This document shows, piece after piece, positions 1 through 9,506 of a stretch of 18,434 nucleotides of DNA. The translations under genes and the position numbers were made by a program. The stretch is taken from positions 1-18,434 of the forward strand of contig NW_021824527.1 of the NCBI RefSeq assembly GCF_006345805.1, written 5' to 3'. Positions within the stretch are counted from its first letter, which is position 1. Each line of letters opens with the position of its first letter. The DNA comes from Octopus sinensis (Eukaryota). The notes below the pieces were generated by a model. It did not search any database. It saw only the letters and a list, made by a program, of their open reading frames with translations, and was not told the origin of the DNA.

Positions 1-100
1 TAGAAGCCTGGTGCAGCCTACTGGCTTGCCAGCCCTCAGTCAAACCATCCAACCCATGCCAGCATGGAAAGTGGATGTTAAATGATGTTGATGATGATGA
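1..100 (+). mobile_element. 3' end of RTE-tail repeat (family A), cut by the window start
   Basis: Carries cctggtgcagcc...ccaacccatgccagcatggaaagtggatgttaaatgatg followed by a (GAT)n tail. The same terminus occurs at 2214, 4319, 8694, 10329 and 12606. Confidence 0.85.
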
Positions 101-362
101 TATATAAATATATGTGTGTGTGTGTGTGTGTGTTTGCATCTGCATAGGCACATACAAAATGAAAACCCAGTGTATCGCTTTTTGGAAAACATTATTTAAA
201 AATATTATTTTGGAATATTGCTTAAAGAGCAACACAATTTCATGATTTCGCTTGTAATGGAATTTATGACATAATAATCATATTACCCCAGGGAAAAATA
301 ACATAAGAGCAAAAATGTGAGCTTGAAGCAACCATTTTCATATGTGTTGCTCACAAAGGCTT

Positions 363-593
363 CTAACCCTCCGGCATTCTGATTACTCTTGTCAAATGTA
401 ATCCTTATTCATTCACATTATTCTGGAATTAATCATGCATTATCTCATAGCTTCGAGATTCTGATGATGCAATTGTTTTACTTTTAGAATGACATTGTGG
501 GGTAGGTACAAGAAGTTGGATCTGGTCAGTTTGAACACAAAACAGATGGAATATTTAGGACGGATATGGTCGGTTTTAATGCTAAAGGGTTAA
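363..593. mobile_element. piggyBac-like MITE (about 223 bp)
   Basis: Left end ctaa|ccctccggcatt (363-378), right end aatgctaaaggg|ttaa (578-593). These are degenerate CCCT...AGGG terminal inverted repeats with a TTAA-type target site (left copy mutated to CTAA). No ORF. Confidence 0.65.
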
Positions 594-752
594 ACAAAAG
601 AACATCAAGATAAGTATTTCCTTTGAACTTTCATTTCATATTTTAAAGAATTCAGACAGTAGATATTCAAAAGAAAACCAGAGGCTCAGTTTACCAGTTG
701 ATGATCAGAAATGAGCAACTCTGAGTATCAGTTATAATGTATTAAAGAATCA

Positions 753-1101
753 TGGCACTCTGTCGGTTACAATGACAAGGGTTCCAGTTGATCAGATCAA
801 CGGAACAGCCTGCTTGTGAAATTAATGTGCAAGTGGCTGAGCACCCCATAGACACACGTACCCTTAACGTAGTTCTCGAGGAGATTCAGTGTGACACTGA
901 ATGTGATAAGTCTGACCCTTTGAAAGTACAGGTACAACAGAAACAGGAAGAAAGAGTGAGAGAAAGTTGTGGCGAAAGAGTACAGCAGGGTTCACCACCA
1001 CCCCCTGCTGAAGCTTCATAGAGCTTTAGGTGTTTTCACTCAATAAACACTCACAATGCCCGGTCTGGGAATTAAAACCACTGGGCCATTGCACCTCCAC
1101 A
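753..1101 (-). mobile_element. tRNA-derived SINE (family E) with a shortened head
   Basis: Minus strand starts tgtggaggtgcaatggcccagtggttttaattcccagaccggg: an A-box-like tggcccagtgg directly abutting a B-box-like remnant, then a roughly 300-bp body. ORF 788-1021 is its antisense. Confidence 0.65.
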
Positions 1102-1175
1102 TATTAACGAATACTCTACATTTGCATTGAGTCCTGTCATTTAATGCTTTTGGAGAAAAAAACAGAGATTTGTGT

Positions 1176-1181
<6 letters not shown>

Positions 1182-1255
<74 letters not shown>

Positions 1256-1270
1256 GTGTGTGTGTGTGTG
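1182..1270. repeat. (TG)n microsatellite adjoining a family C SINE head
   Basis: Direct reading of the sequence. Confidence 0.95.
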
Positions 1271-1437
1271 CACAACAGTCTTCCTTCCAGTTTCTGTCTA
1301 CTGTCTGCTTTATTCACTCACAAAGCTTTGGTCAAACCTGCAGCGATAGAGGAAGACATTTGTCCATAGTGCCTTGCAGTGGGATTGAACCTGGAACTCT
1401 GTGGTTGGGAAGCAAACTTCTTACCACTCAGCCATGA
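1271..1437 (-). mobile_element. tRNA-derived CORE-like SINE (family C, OR1/OR2-like), 5' half
   Basis: Minus strand shows A box tggctgagtgg and B box ggttcaatcc, then gcactatggacaaatgtcttc (degenerate CORE-like ccttgggcaagt). Homologous heads occur at 10333-10485, 13510-13578 and 16030-16140. Confidence 0.75.
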
Positions 1438-1687
1438 TTCTGTATGAGTATATATTTTTCTAGGGAAAATTATTTTCAAGCAATTCTCGAAAAAAAAAAT
1501 AATTAATTTATGAATGTTTAATTATTTTTCAAGCATTTCTGTTCTGTATTAAATTTTTCTCACGGAATATTGCACATAATTACAAGGAAATTATGTAGAA
1601 TATTCCTCATCTACAGGAAACATGGATTCATAGAAAATCTAATTTTAGATTCCATTGAGTTTATCTTTATCAACACACCAATAAGGG

Positions 1688-1688
<1 letters not shown>

Positions 1689-1735
<47 letters not shown>

Positions 1736-1768
1736 GTCCCCTCCCCCTCTCTCCTCTCTCTCTTGCTC
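1689..1768. repeat. (CT)n microsatellite
   Basis: Direct reading of the sequence. Confidence 0.95.
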
Positions 1769-1940
1769 TGTGATCAGTCAAGCTGCTGCAAATAGTAAAA
1801 AATCTAACTCAATAACACAATTCTTTCTTAAAATAGGGAATCTCCACCACCACCATCTTTGCCAGAATATACATACATACATTTATGTGTGTGTGTGTGT
1901 GTATGTGTATGTATATATATATACATATATATATATTTAA

Positions 1941-2214
1941 CGCCGCCGTGACTGGCTTCCGTGCCGGTGGCACGTAAAAAGCACCAACCATTCGTGGGAG
2001 TTGCCAACCTATCCTGGCACATATGCCGGTGGCACGTAAAAAGCACCCTCTACATTCATGGAGTGGTTGGCATTAGGAAGGGCATCCAGCTGTAGAAACA
2101 CTGCCAGATCAGACTGGAGCCTGGTGCAGCCTCCTGGCTTCCCAGACCCTGGTCGAACCGCCCAACCCGTGCTAGCATGGAAAACGGACGTTAGACGACG
2201 ATGATGATGATGAT
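1941..2214 (+). mobile_element. RTE-tail repeat (family A), 5'-truncated, two internal ~62-bp units
   Basis: Two (g/a)tgccggtggcacgtaaaaagcacc cores, then ggagtggttggcattaggaagggcatccagc and the (GAT)n terminus. Confidence 0.9.
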
Positions 2215-2251
2215 TTATGCACATGCACACACACACACACACACACACATA

Positions 2252-2619
2252 CAGAGTGTCCCAAAAGTCACTGATGGGTTTCAATTTTTAATAACTTCCT
2301 TAACTTTAGAAATAAATGCACGAAAATTTGATACAATATAAAGGACATAATGGAAATAGTCAAATTTTGCAACACCACCACATCACATATGAAAAATGAC
2401 ATCACTTAAATGGCAACCATTTTTGGTTTTGCATGCCTTTGCTCTTTCCAAACTTTGAACCCTCAAAAGTTTCAGACCCCACTTCTCTGATTTGTCTATT
2501 GATGTTCTCCTTCAGTTGCACCAGGGTCTCCAGTTTGTTGATGTAAACCCTCTCTTTCAGGTGTCCCCACAAGAAAAAATTTGGGCTACTTAAGTCCGGG
2601 GAACGTGAAGGCCATTCAA
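2252..2619 (-). mobile_element. DD41D (rosa/Visitor-type) Tc1/mariner relic: transposase C-terminus plus terminus
   Basis: Minus translation WPSRSPDLSSPNFFLWGHLKERVY..., then a frameshift to ERAKACKTKNGCHLSDVIFHM* (stop at 2383-2385). The element ends at TA|cagagtgtcccaaaag (TA at 2250-2251). Confidence 0.8.
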
Positions 2620-2785
2620 AGTAGACCTCACACATAGTTCCAGTAAGATGGGGCAACTGCTCATACCACAAGAGAGACAATACAATTGCTACGGCAGTGC
2701 TTTGGAGAGAGAATAATCTCCCGCTACAGCAATGTCAACTGGCCTTCACGCTCCTCAAACTTGACTAACCTGGATATTTTCTTGG
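2620..2785 (+). pseudogene. DD41D transposase catalytic-core fragment in the opposite orientation
   Basis: Plus frame from 2638: FQ*DGATAHTTRETIQLLRQCFGERIISRYSNVNWPSRSSNLTNLDIFL. There are 41 residues between the Asp at 2647 and the Asp at 2773. Not in the ORF track because of the stop. Confidence 0.85.
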
Positions 2786-3712
2786 ACTCTGAACATGAAA
2801 ATGAGTGTAATGCTTATCAGCATTTTGCCTGGCATGCCAACGATTCTGCCAGCTCACCACCTTAAATATAAGCTGCTAGTAATTCTTTTCTATTATAGGT
2901 ACAAGGCCTGAAATTTGAGGGAGTGGGTAAGTCAATCACATCATCCCCAGTACTCAACTGGTACTTAATTTATCGACCCCGAAAGGATGAAAGGCAAAGT
3001 TGACTCAGAACGTAGATACAGACAAAATACCACTAAGCATTTTGCCAAGCATGCAAACAATTCTGCTAGCTACTACTACTACTAATAATAATAATAATAA
3101 TAATAATAACAATAATAATAATCCTTTCTATTATAGGCACGAGGCCTGAAATTTGGGGGAGCGGGATAGTCGATTACATCAATCCCAGTACTCAACTGGT
3201 ACTTATTTTATTGACCCTGAAAGGATGAAAAGTCAAGCTCAGTGGAACTTGAACTCAGAACATAGCGACAGGCGAAATACCGCTAAGCATTTTATTCAGC
3301 ATGCAAACAATTCTGCCAGCTACTACTACTACTAATAATAATAATAACAATAATAATAATCCTTTCTATTATAGGCACAAGGCCAGAAATTTGGAGGAGG
3401 GGGATAGTTGATTACATCGACCCCAGTACTCAACTGGTACTTAATTTATTGACCCTGAAATGATGAAAAGTAAAGTTGAACAGCTAATAATTCTTTTCTA
3501 TTATAGGCAGAAAGTAATGAAGTCTGGAGGGAGAGGATGAGGTAAGTTGATTACAATGACCCCAGCGTGGAAGTGGTATTTATTTCATCAACCTTGGAAG
3601 GATGAAAGGCAAAGGCTAATGTGAGAGAATTTGAACTCAGATTGTAAGAATAGAACAAACGCTGCTAAACATTTTGTCCAGTAGGATAACAATTCTACTA
3701 ACTGACCACCTT

Positions 3713-3745
<33 letters not shown>

Positions 3746-3746
<1 letters not shown>

Positions 3747-4319
3747 CGAGAAGACCCGGCAGGACAAGTGAGGCCATAACCCATGGCCCCTACCTGGGAT
3801 GTAGTCAGTCCACCTGTGCATACCTTCCTTCTTGGGACACATAACTCTACTTGTGAAGACCTGTTGAGGCAAGTGAAAATCAAAAATCAAAGAATCAAAT
3901 CAAAATCGATGAACATCAATGGATTTTGTAGTTTTGTGGTACCAGTGCCGGTGGCACATAAGAAAATCATCCGAACGTGGCCGTAGCCAGTACTGCATCG
4001 ACTGACCTCCGTGCTGCTGGCACGTAACAAACACCATCCGATCGTGGCCATGCCAGCCTGGCCTGGCCTCCGTGCCGGTGGCACGTAAAAAACACCATCT
4101 GAGCGTGGCCGTTCGCCAGCCTCATCTGGCACCTGTGTCGGTGGCACATAAAAAGCACCCACTACACTCATGGGGTGGTTGGCGTTAGGAAGGGCATCCA
4201 GCTGTAGAAACACTGCCAGATCTGACTGGCCTGGTGCAGCCTTCTGGCTTCCCAGACCCCAGTTGAACCATCCAACCCATGCTAGCATGGAAAGCGGACA
4301 TTAAACGATGATGATGATG
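3746..4319 (+). mobile_element. RTE-type LINE 3' fragment (last ORF codons EKTRQDK*, 3'UTR with four ~62-bp units, (GAT)n tail)
   Basis: Starts gag aag acc cgg cag gac aag tga, resembling the ORF end at about 9984-10014. Four ggtggcac-type cores are present. It splits a family B SINE from its (AAT)n tail. Confidence 0.8.
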
Positions 4320-4980
4320 TTTCTACTAAAGGCACAAGGCCTGAAATTTTGTGGGCAGGTACTGTCCAATTACATCGACCCCATTGTTTCACTGGTACTT
4401 AATTTATCGACCCTGGAATGATTAAAGGTGCAGATAATCAAGATGGAATTTGAACATGAAACTAAAGGCAGAGGAAATGTCATAAAGCATTTTGTCTGCT
4501 GCACCAATGATTCTTCCAGCTTACCATTTTAGTAATAACAATTCCAAATTTTGGCACAAGGTCAGAAATTCTGTAGGAGGGGAGGAAATCAATTACCTTG
4601 ACCCCCCCCCCAAAAAAAAAATGCAACTCTTATTTTATTGACCCTGAGAGGATGAAAGGCAAAGTTGACCTTGGTGGAATTTGAACTCAGAACGTAATGC
4701 AACTAAGCATTTTGCTTGGTGTGGTAACAATCCTGTCAGCTTGCCAACTTAAAATGGTTTCAAATTTTGGAACAAGGCCAGCAAGTTCAGTGATGGGGTG
4801 TGGAGGGGATAAGTCAATTACATCGACCTCAGTAGTGCACTGGTACCTATTTTATCAAACCCCAAAAAGATGAAAAGCAAAGCCAACCGTGGCAGAATTT
4901 GAAGTTAGAATGTAAGGACGGACGAAATGTTACTAAGAATTTTGTACTGCATGCTACTGATTTTGTCAAGTTGTGGCCTT

Positions 4981-4985
4981 AATAA

Positions 4986-5031
<46 letters not shown>

Positions 5032-5269
5032 TAATAATAATAATTAATAATAATTAATAATAATTAATAATAATTAATAATAATAATAAATAATAAATCA
5101 TAATAATAAGCATGATAAAAAAATTATGTACATGGAACAAATAGGGGCTGCAATAAGGGTTAGAGCATTTGCTGAAAACAGCACTGCTTGGAACCGCTCG
5201 AATACTCTGGAAGGTGCTCGAGTACATCTCCAGTGTTAGAAGTTGTGCAAAGGCAATAATAATAATATT

Positions 5270-5334
<65 letters not shown>

Positions 5335-5351
5335 TGATGATGATGATGATG

Positions 5352-5422
<71 letters not shown>

Positions 5423-5430
5423 TATAATAA
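4981..5430. repeat. (AAT)n arrays with a (GAT)n inset, flanking an R4-like insertion
   Basis: (AAT)n at 4981-5109 and 5255-5430; (GAT)n at about 5332-5352. Confidence 0.95.
5110..5254 (+). mobile_element. 3'-terminal fragment of an R4/Dong-like (restriction-like endonuclease) non-LTR retrotransposon
   Basis: With one frameshift it translates to YMEQIGAAIRV/EHLLKTALLGTARILWKVLE, matching the R4-clade C-terminal motif QKxALLGTAxILRxxL. Short 3'UTR, and (TAA)n on both sides. Confidence 0.7.
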
Positions 5431-5904
5431 TTTCAAATTTTGGCACAAGGCCAGCAAGTTCAGGAGTGGAGGTAGGTCAATTACATCGACCCCAGTACTG
5501 AATTCATGCTTATTTTATCAACCCCACAAAGATGAAAAGCATTGTGAACCTTGGCAGAGTTTGAACTCAGAATGTAAAACCCCCGTAAAACACTGCTAAG
5601 CATTTTCCAGCTTGCCGCCTTTAATTTAAGTCAGAAAATAATGGCACTGGATTATCACTTATGTTTGTTGATGTATTTGTTTGTTGTCTTCTTTCTTACC
5701 ATTTCTAATATTTCCAATATGCCAGCAATTATATTTCAGAATCTTGTTTCTTCCCTTGGCATTAATTGTCTCACTAATTAGCATTTCTTCTTCTTTTTTT
5801 TGTTCGTTAATTTCTGCATCTAGGCACTTTAGTGTTTCATATTTCATATTTCACAGGGCATTGATACCCTCTGGGCACGCGAAGACATACGAATTTGCAT
5901 GCCT

Positions 5905-5965
5905 ATACATACATACATACATACATACATACATACATACATACATACATACATACATGCATGCA

Positions 5966-5997
<32 letters not shown>

Positions 5998-6132
5998 CAC
6001 ACATACATACATACATACAAACATACACGCATGCATGCATGCATACATACATACATACATACAGACATACATACATACACACACATACATACATCATTCA
6101 TACATACATACATACTATACATGCATGCATGC

Positions 6133-6192
<60 letters not shown>

Positions 6193-6199
6193 TACATAC

Positions 6200-6246
<47 letters not shown>

Positions 6247-6335
6247 TACATACACACATATATATATACAGACGGACAGACAGACAGACAGACACACACA
6301 CACATATATAGATATAGATATATGTGTGTGTGTGT
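5905..6335. repeat. Compound microsatellite (ACAT)n/(GCAT)n/(AT)n/(AC)n/(GACA)n
   Basis: Direct reading. It explains the many H/T/Y/I and C/M/V/Y ORFs here. Confidence 0.95.
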
Positions 6336-6647
6336 CTGTGAACATACGTTTCTGCATATCAGCACATGATTGTATGTATGTGTGCATATATTTGCATTTG
6401 TTTGTGCTTATATGTATGCGTATATACATGCATACATGCACATACAAAATCGTGTGTGTATATGCATATATGTATGTATACCAACATTCAAATGCTCTCA
6501 TACTCCTGCAGCTGCATGCAAACATGTGCAAATATGTTGACGCACATAAGCAGATACGATGCATTACTGAACACCGCAAGCAATTCGACACACCTCTGTA
6601 GCTCCATTTACATCACCATCATGAACAACAACAAGCCGACGAAGGAG

Positions 6648-6750
6648 CCTCTCTGAGTCGTTGCTTGACCTGCTAGAAATACCAGCTGAATTTTCCTCAA
6701 ATTACATTCTCCTGTCTTAAAAAAAAATGTAAAAACAGGACACATTAGAT
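6648..6750. repeat. Possible fragment of another dispersed repeat
   Basis: The motif ctgctagaaata has short degenerate counterparts near 1782-1795 and 17906-17918. Support within the window is weak. Confidence 0.3.
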
Positions 6751-6751
6751 A

Positions 6752-7120
6752 TTTTTGGAGATGGTACCAGTCGATTAGTTTGACTCCAATATGCAACTGG
6801 TACTTAATTTATCGACCCTGAAAGGATGAAAGGCAAAGTCGACCTCGGGGGAAATTGAACTCAGAACGTAAAGACAGACGAAATACCTATTTCTTTACTA
6901 CCCACAAGGGACTAAACACAGAGTGGACAAACAAGGACAAACAAACGGATCAGGTCGATTATATCGACCCCCAGTGCGTAACTGGTACTTATTTAATCGA
7001 CCCCGAAAGGATGAAAGGTAAAGTCGACCTCGGTGGAATTTGAACTCAGAACGTAGCAGCAGACAAAATACCGTTAAGCATTTCGTCTGGCGTGCTAACG
7101 ATTCTGCCAGCTAGCTGCCT
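6752..7120 (-). mobile_element. Dimeric family B SINE
   Basis: Two monomers. The 5' monomer (about 6889-7120) has a full head (ggcagaatcgttagcacgcc...gttcaaattcc). The 3' monomer (about 6752-6888) lacks the A-box part and is joined at ctatttctttactacccacaaggg. Confidence 0.85.
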
Positions 7121-7149
7121 TATAGACACGTTTGATATTGTAATCATAA

Positions 7150-7212
7150 GTATAACAATGTCCCAGCATGACTGCAGTCTAATGACTGAAACAAGTAAAA
7201 GATAAAAGATAA
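7150..7212 (+). mobile_element. Family C SINE 3' tail
   Basis: ccagcatgactgcagtctaatgactgaaacaagtaaaagataaaag is a close reverse-complement homologue of the tail at 10908-10955. Confidence 0.7.
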
Positions 7213-7215
7213 TAT

Positions 7216-7572
7216 TCTTTTGCAGGAATGGTATTGTCGCTTGAGGAATGGCATTGATTATAAATCTCTTGGAGAGAGCTAACCTGGGGCGAAACTACAA
7301 TGGCAAAAATCTCTTTTGCTCTCCCTCTCTCTCACACGCACACATGCAGCATAGGGGAAATTATTACCTTGCTTGGAAACAGGTGAAGGTTGGCAATAGG
7401 AAAGGCACCCAGCTGGGGAAAATCTGCCTCAATAAACTCCACGTGACCCCATGCAAGCATGGAAAAGTGGATGTTAAAATGGTGATGATGATGATGATGA
7501 CAATATTGATGATGATAATGATAGTGACGATGATGATGATGATGATGACAATGACGATGACAATGATGATGA
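7216..7572 (+). mobile_element. Variant RTE-like 3' end with a (GAT)n/(GAC)n tail
   Basis: ggttggcaataggaaaggcacccagc...cccatgcaagcatggaaaagtggatgttaaa plus (GAT)n shares the family A terminus but has a different upstream part. The 5' boundary is uncertain. Confidence 0.6.
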
Positions 7573-7708
7573 TGTTCTCTGTTTATTTCTCTTATTCCTT
7601 TCTGTTGAAGAGCATATGTTTGAAATGTATAAGACCTTTTCATTTTCCTAAGTGTCAAAATACTACACCTGTTTGTTGTTCATACACCTGTCTTCATCTT
7701 TGTTCAAC

Positions 7709-7760
<52 letters not shown>

Positions 7761-7761
7761 G

Positions 7762-7920
7762 TCATCATCATCATCATCATCATTATTTAATGTCCATTGT
7801 CCATGCTAGCGTTGAGTTGAACAGTGTGACTAAATCTGGCAAACTGAAAAGCTGCACCAGGTTCCAGTGTGTTTTGGCATGGTTTCTATGGATGGATGTC
7901 CTTCTTAATGCCAACCACTT
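7762..7920 (-). mobile_element. RTE-tail repeat (family A), degenerate, minus strand
   Basis: (ATC)n followed by the reverse complement of the family A terminus, ending in ccttcttaatgccaaccact. Confidence 0.8.
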
Positions 7921-8256
7921 CCCAGTATGTGCTGGGTTTTATAAGATTGTTTGTTATAATGTGTTACTTTTATGGGGCTTCGTGTTTAAATGCCTTTTCT
8001 TATGTTTAGCATAGTTACATGTATATAAGTTGTTTCCAGAAGGCTATTTAATTAAAGTATTGTGTCTAAGGTTACCCCATTAGTTATACTTATTTACTTT
8101 ATATTTTTACAAACGAAAACTGTAAAAAGAAATTATTGATATTACTATCGATGTCTTAAATTTAGAAGGGTTCTATATAGGATGTCTGTGAGGTGTTCAA
8201 TTGTTCGGTCAAAACAGATATTTGGTAAATACAATTTTTGCATGCAGTTTTCTTTA

Positions 8257-8694
8257 CAAAATCAAAATCAAAGTTGATCAACATCAATGGAAATTGTAGC
8301 TGTGATACCACTGCCGGTGGCACATAAGAGAACCATCCGAACATGGCCATTGCCAGCGCCACCCCAACTGCCTCCGTGTCAGTGGCACATAAGAAGCACC
8401 ATCCGTTTGTGGCCGTTGCCAGCCTTGCCTGACCCCCGTGCTGGTGGCATGTAAAAAGCACCATTCGATCAGGGCCGTTTGCCAGCCTCGTCTGGCCCCC
8501 GTGCTGGTGGCACGTAAAAAGCACCCACTACACTCGTGGAGTGGTTGGCGTTAGGAAGGGCATCCAGCCATAGAAACATTGCCAGATCAGACTGGGCCTG
8601 GTGCAGCCTTCTGGCTTCCCAGACCCCAGTTGAACCGTCCAACCCATGCCAGCATGGAAAGCGGATGCTAAATGATGATGATGATGATGATGAT
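8257..8694 (+). mobile_element. RTE-tail repeat (family A), four ~62-bp units
   Basis: Begins at caaaatcaaaatc like the 3746 copy. Four gtggca(c/t) cores near 8320, 8384, 8445 and 8508, and a (GAT)n tail. Confidence 0.9.
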
Positions 8695-9324
8695 TTAAAA
8701 GGACAAGTTCCAAAATTTTTTACATTTAAAATATCCTTTATTTTTTGTTAAATATTATTTTATAATTTACATATCACAGTAACTGCAAAGCAGGTAGACA
8801 GGTAATAAAAAAAAAACTTATATTATTTTGCATTCAAATATGTCTTTTAAATCTATGAGAGAGTAGATTATTTAATTTATGCTAGCTTGTTTGCTATTCT
8901 TAACTAATTGAAAGGAAGGATTTTAGTATGACATAAGTCCATTTGTTAAATGCCTAAGTGACATTATGAAATAACAAAATAGAAAAATTTTCACTTATAG
9001 CATAAAGGACGAAAAGGAGCAATCGGGTGACAAAGATTCATGCAGCATCTCAAAATCACTAAAAATCTCTTAAAATTTTGGTATTTTATATCCTTCTACC
9101 GAAGGTTCTTTCAGTTTCTAGAAGCATCTTGAATCTTAATTTTTGGAACAAAAATGGATAAAATTCAAGTCCGTTTTGTCTATATGTTAAACTGATCAAT
9201 GGCACTAGACTTTTTAACATTATTTTATTGATCTAACTCATTTCGCGCCAAAGGAATATTTCATAATGCTAACAAACTAATCTGTCTGAATTTATGAATA
9301 ATTGTTTTTATAACAGTGTCACTA

Positions 9325-9470
9325 CATCGGATGCTTTTTACATGGCACTGGCATGAGTAATTTTTATATAGCACCAGCACAGAGCTCTTGCAGGCCTCTT
9401 CATCAGGGTGGAGTGGCCTTAACACTTCTGCTGTGGAGTATGGGTCTTCTTGAGTACAGCAAGGTGCCAG
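9325..9470 (-). mobile_element. Old degenerate RTE ORF-end/3'UTR fragment
   Basis: Minus strand reads gctgtactcaagaagacc (AVLKKT) and later gtgctggtgctatataaaaa and gccagtgccatgtaaaaagcatcc, which are degenerate family A cores. Confidence 0.5.
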
Positions 9471-9506
9471 GCATTTCTATATATATTTATATTAAATTAT
9501 GTACAT

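Larger units (their letters stand above)
2786..5620 (-). mobile_element. Head-to-tail tandem array of tRNA-derived SINEs (family B): 8 bodies plus 1 head fragment, interrupted by two LINE fragments
   Basis: Units at about 2786-2862, 2878-3071, 3121-3321, 3361-3480, 3488-3711, 4320-4530, 4531-4750, 4751-4980 and 5425-5620. The bodies carry a variant of ggtacttaatttatcgaccccgaaaggatgaaaggcaaag and most also gaatttgaactcagaac (B-box-like gttcaaattc on the minus strand). All have the same orientation. Confidence 0.85.

Noticed and set aside
788-1021. 77-aa ORF with ordinary-looking composition
   Set aside because: It lies wholly antisense within a SINE and has a TTG start.
1385-1437. tRNA-like A/B boxes here and in family B and E heads as tRNA genes
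   Set aside because: I could not fold a cloverleaf. Each continues into a SINE body, and families B and C are multi-copy and degenerate in the window.
5054-5599. Poly-Ile/Asn/Asp ORFs
   Set aside because: These are (AAT)n/(GAT)n translations. Only the KTALLGTARIL island is meaningful, and it is a retrotransposon remnant.
5659-5847. 62-aa minus-strand ORF with an internal strong donor (ATG|gtaaga near 5700)
   Set aside because: No recognisable protein similarity and no clear polypyrimidine acceptor.
5681-6601. Longest ORF (306 aa) and the overlapping ORFs at 5844-6656
   Set aside because: They are translations of (ACAT)n/(AT)n microsatellites that lack stop codons; no domain or splice support.
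8310-8530. Regularly spaced ~25-bp repeats resembling a CRISPR array
   Set aside because: The spacers are homologous to each other, the context is eukaryotic, there are no cas genes, and the units belong to an RTE 3'UTR.
9086-9223. Minus-strand frame IMLKSLVPL...FYPFLFQK, faintly like the RDH10 C-terminus (MKSILPF...MYPF)
   Set aside because: There is no convincing acceptor, and the exon that should precede it is not found between 9223 and 10575. Probably chance; RNA-seq would settle it.
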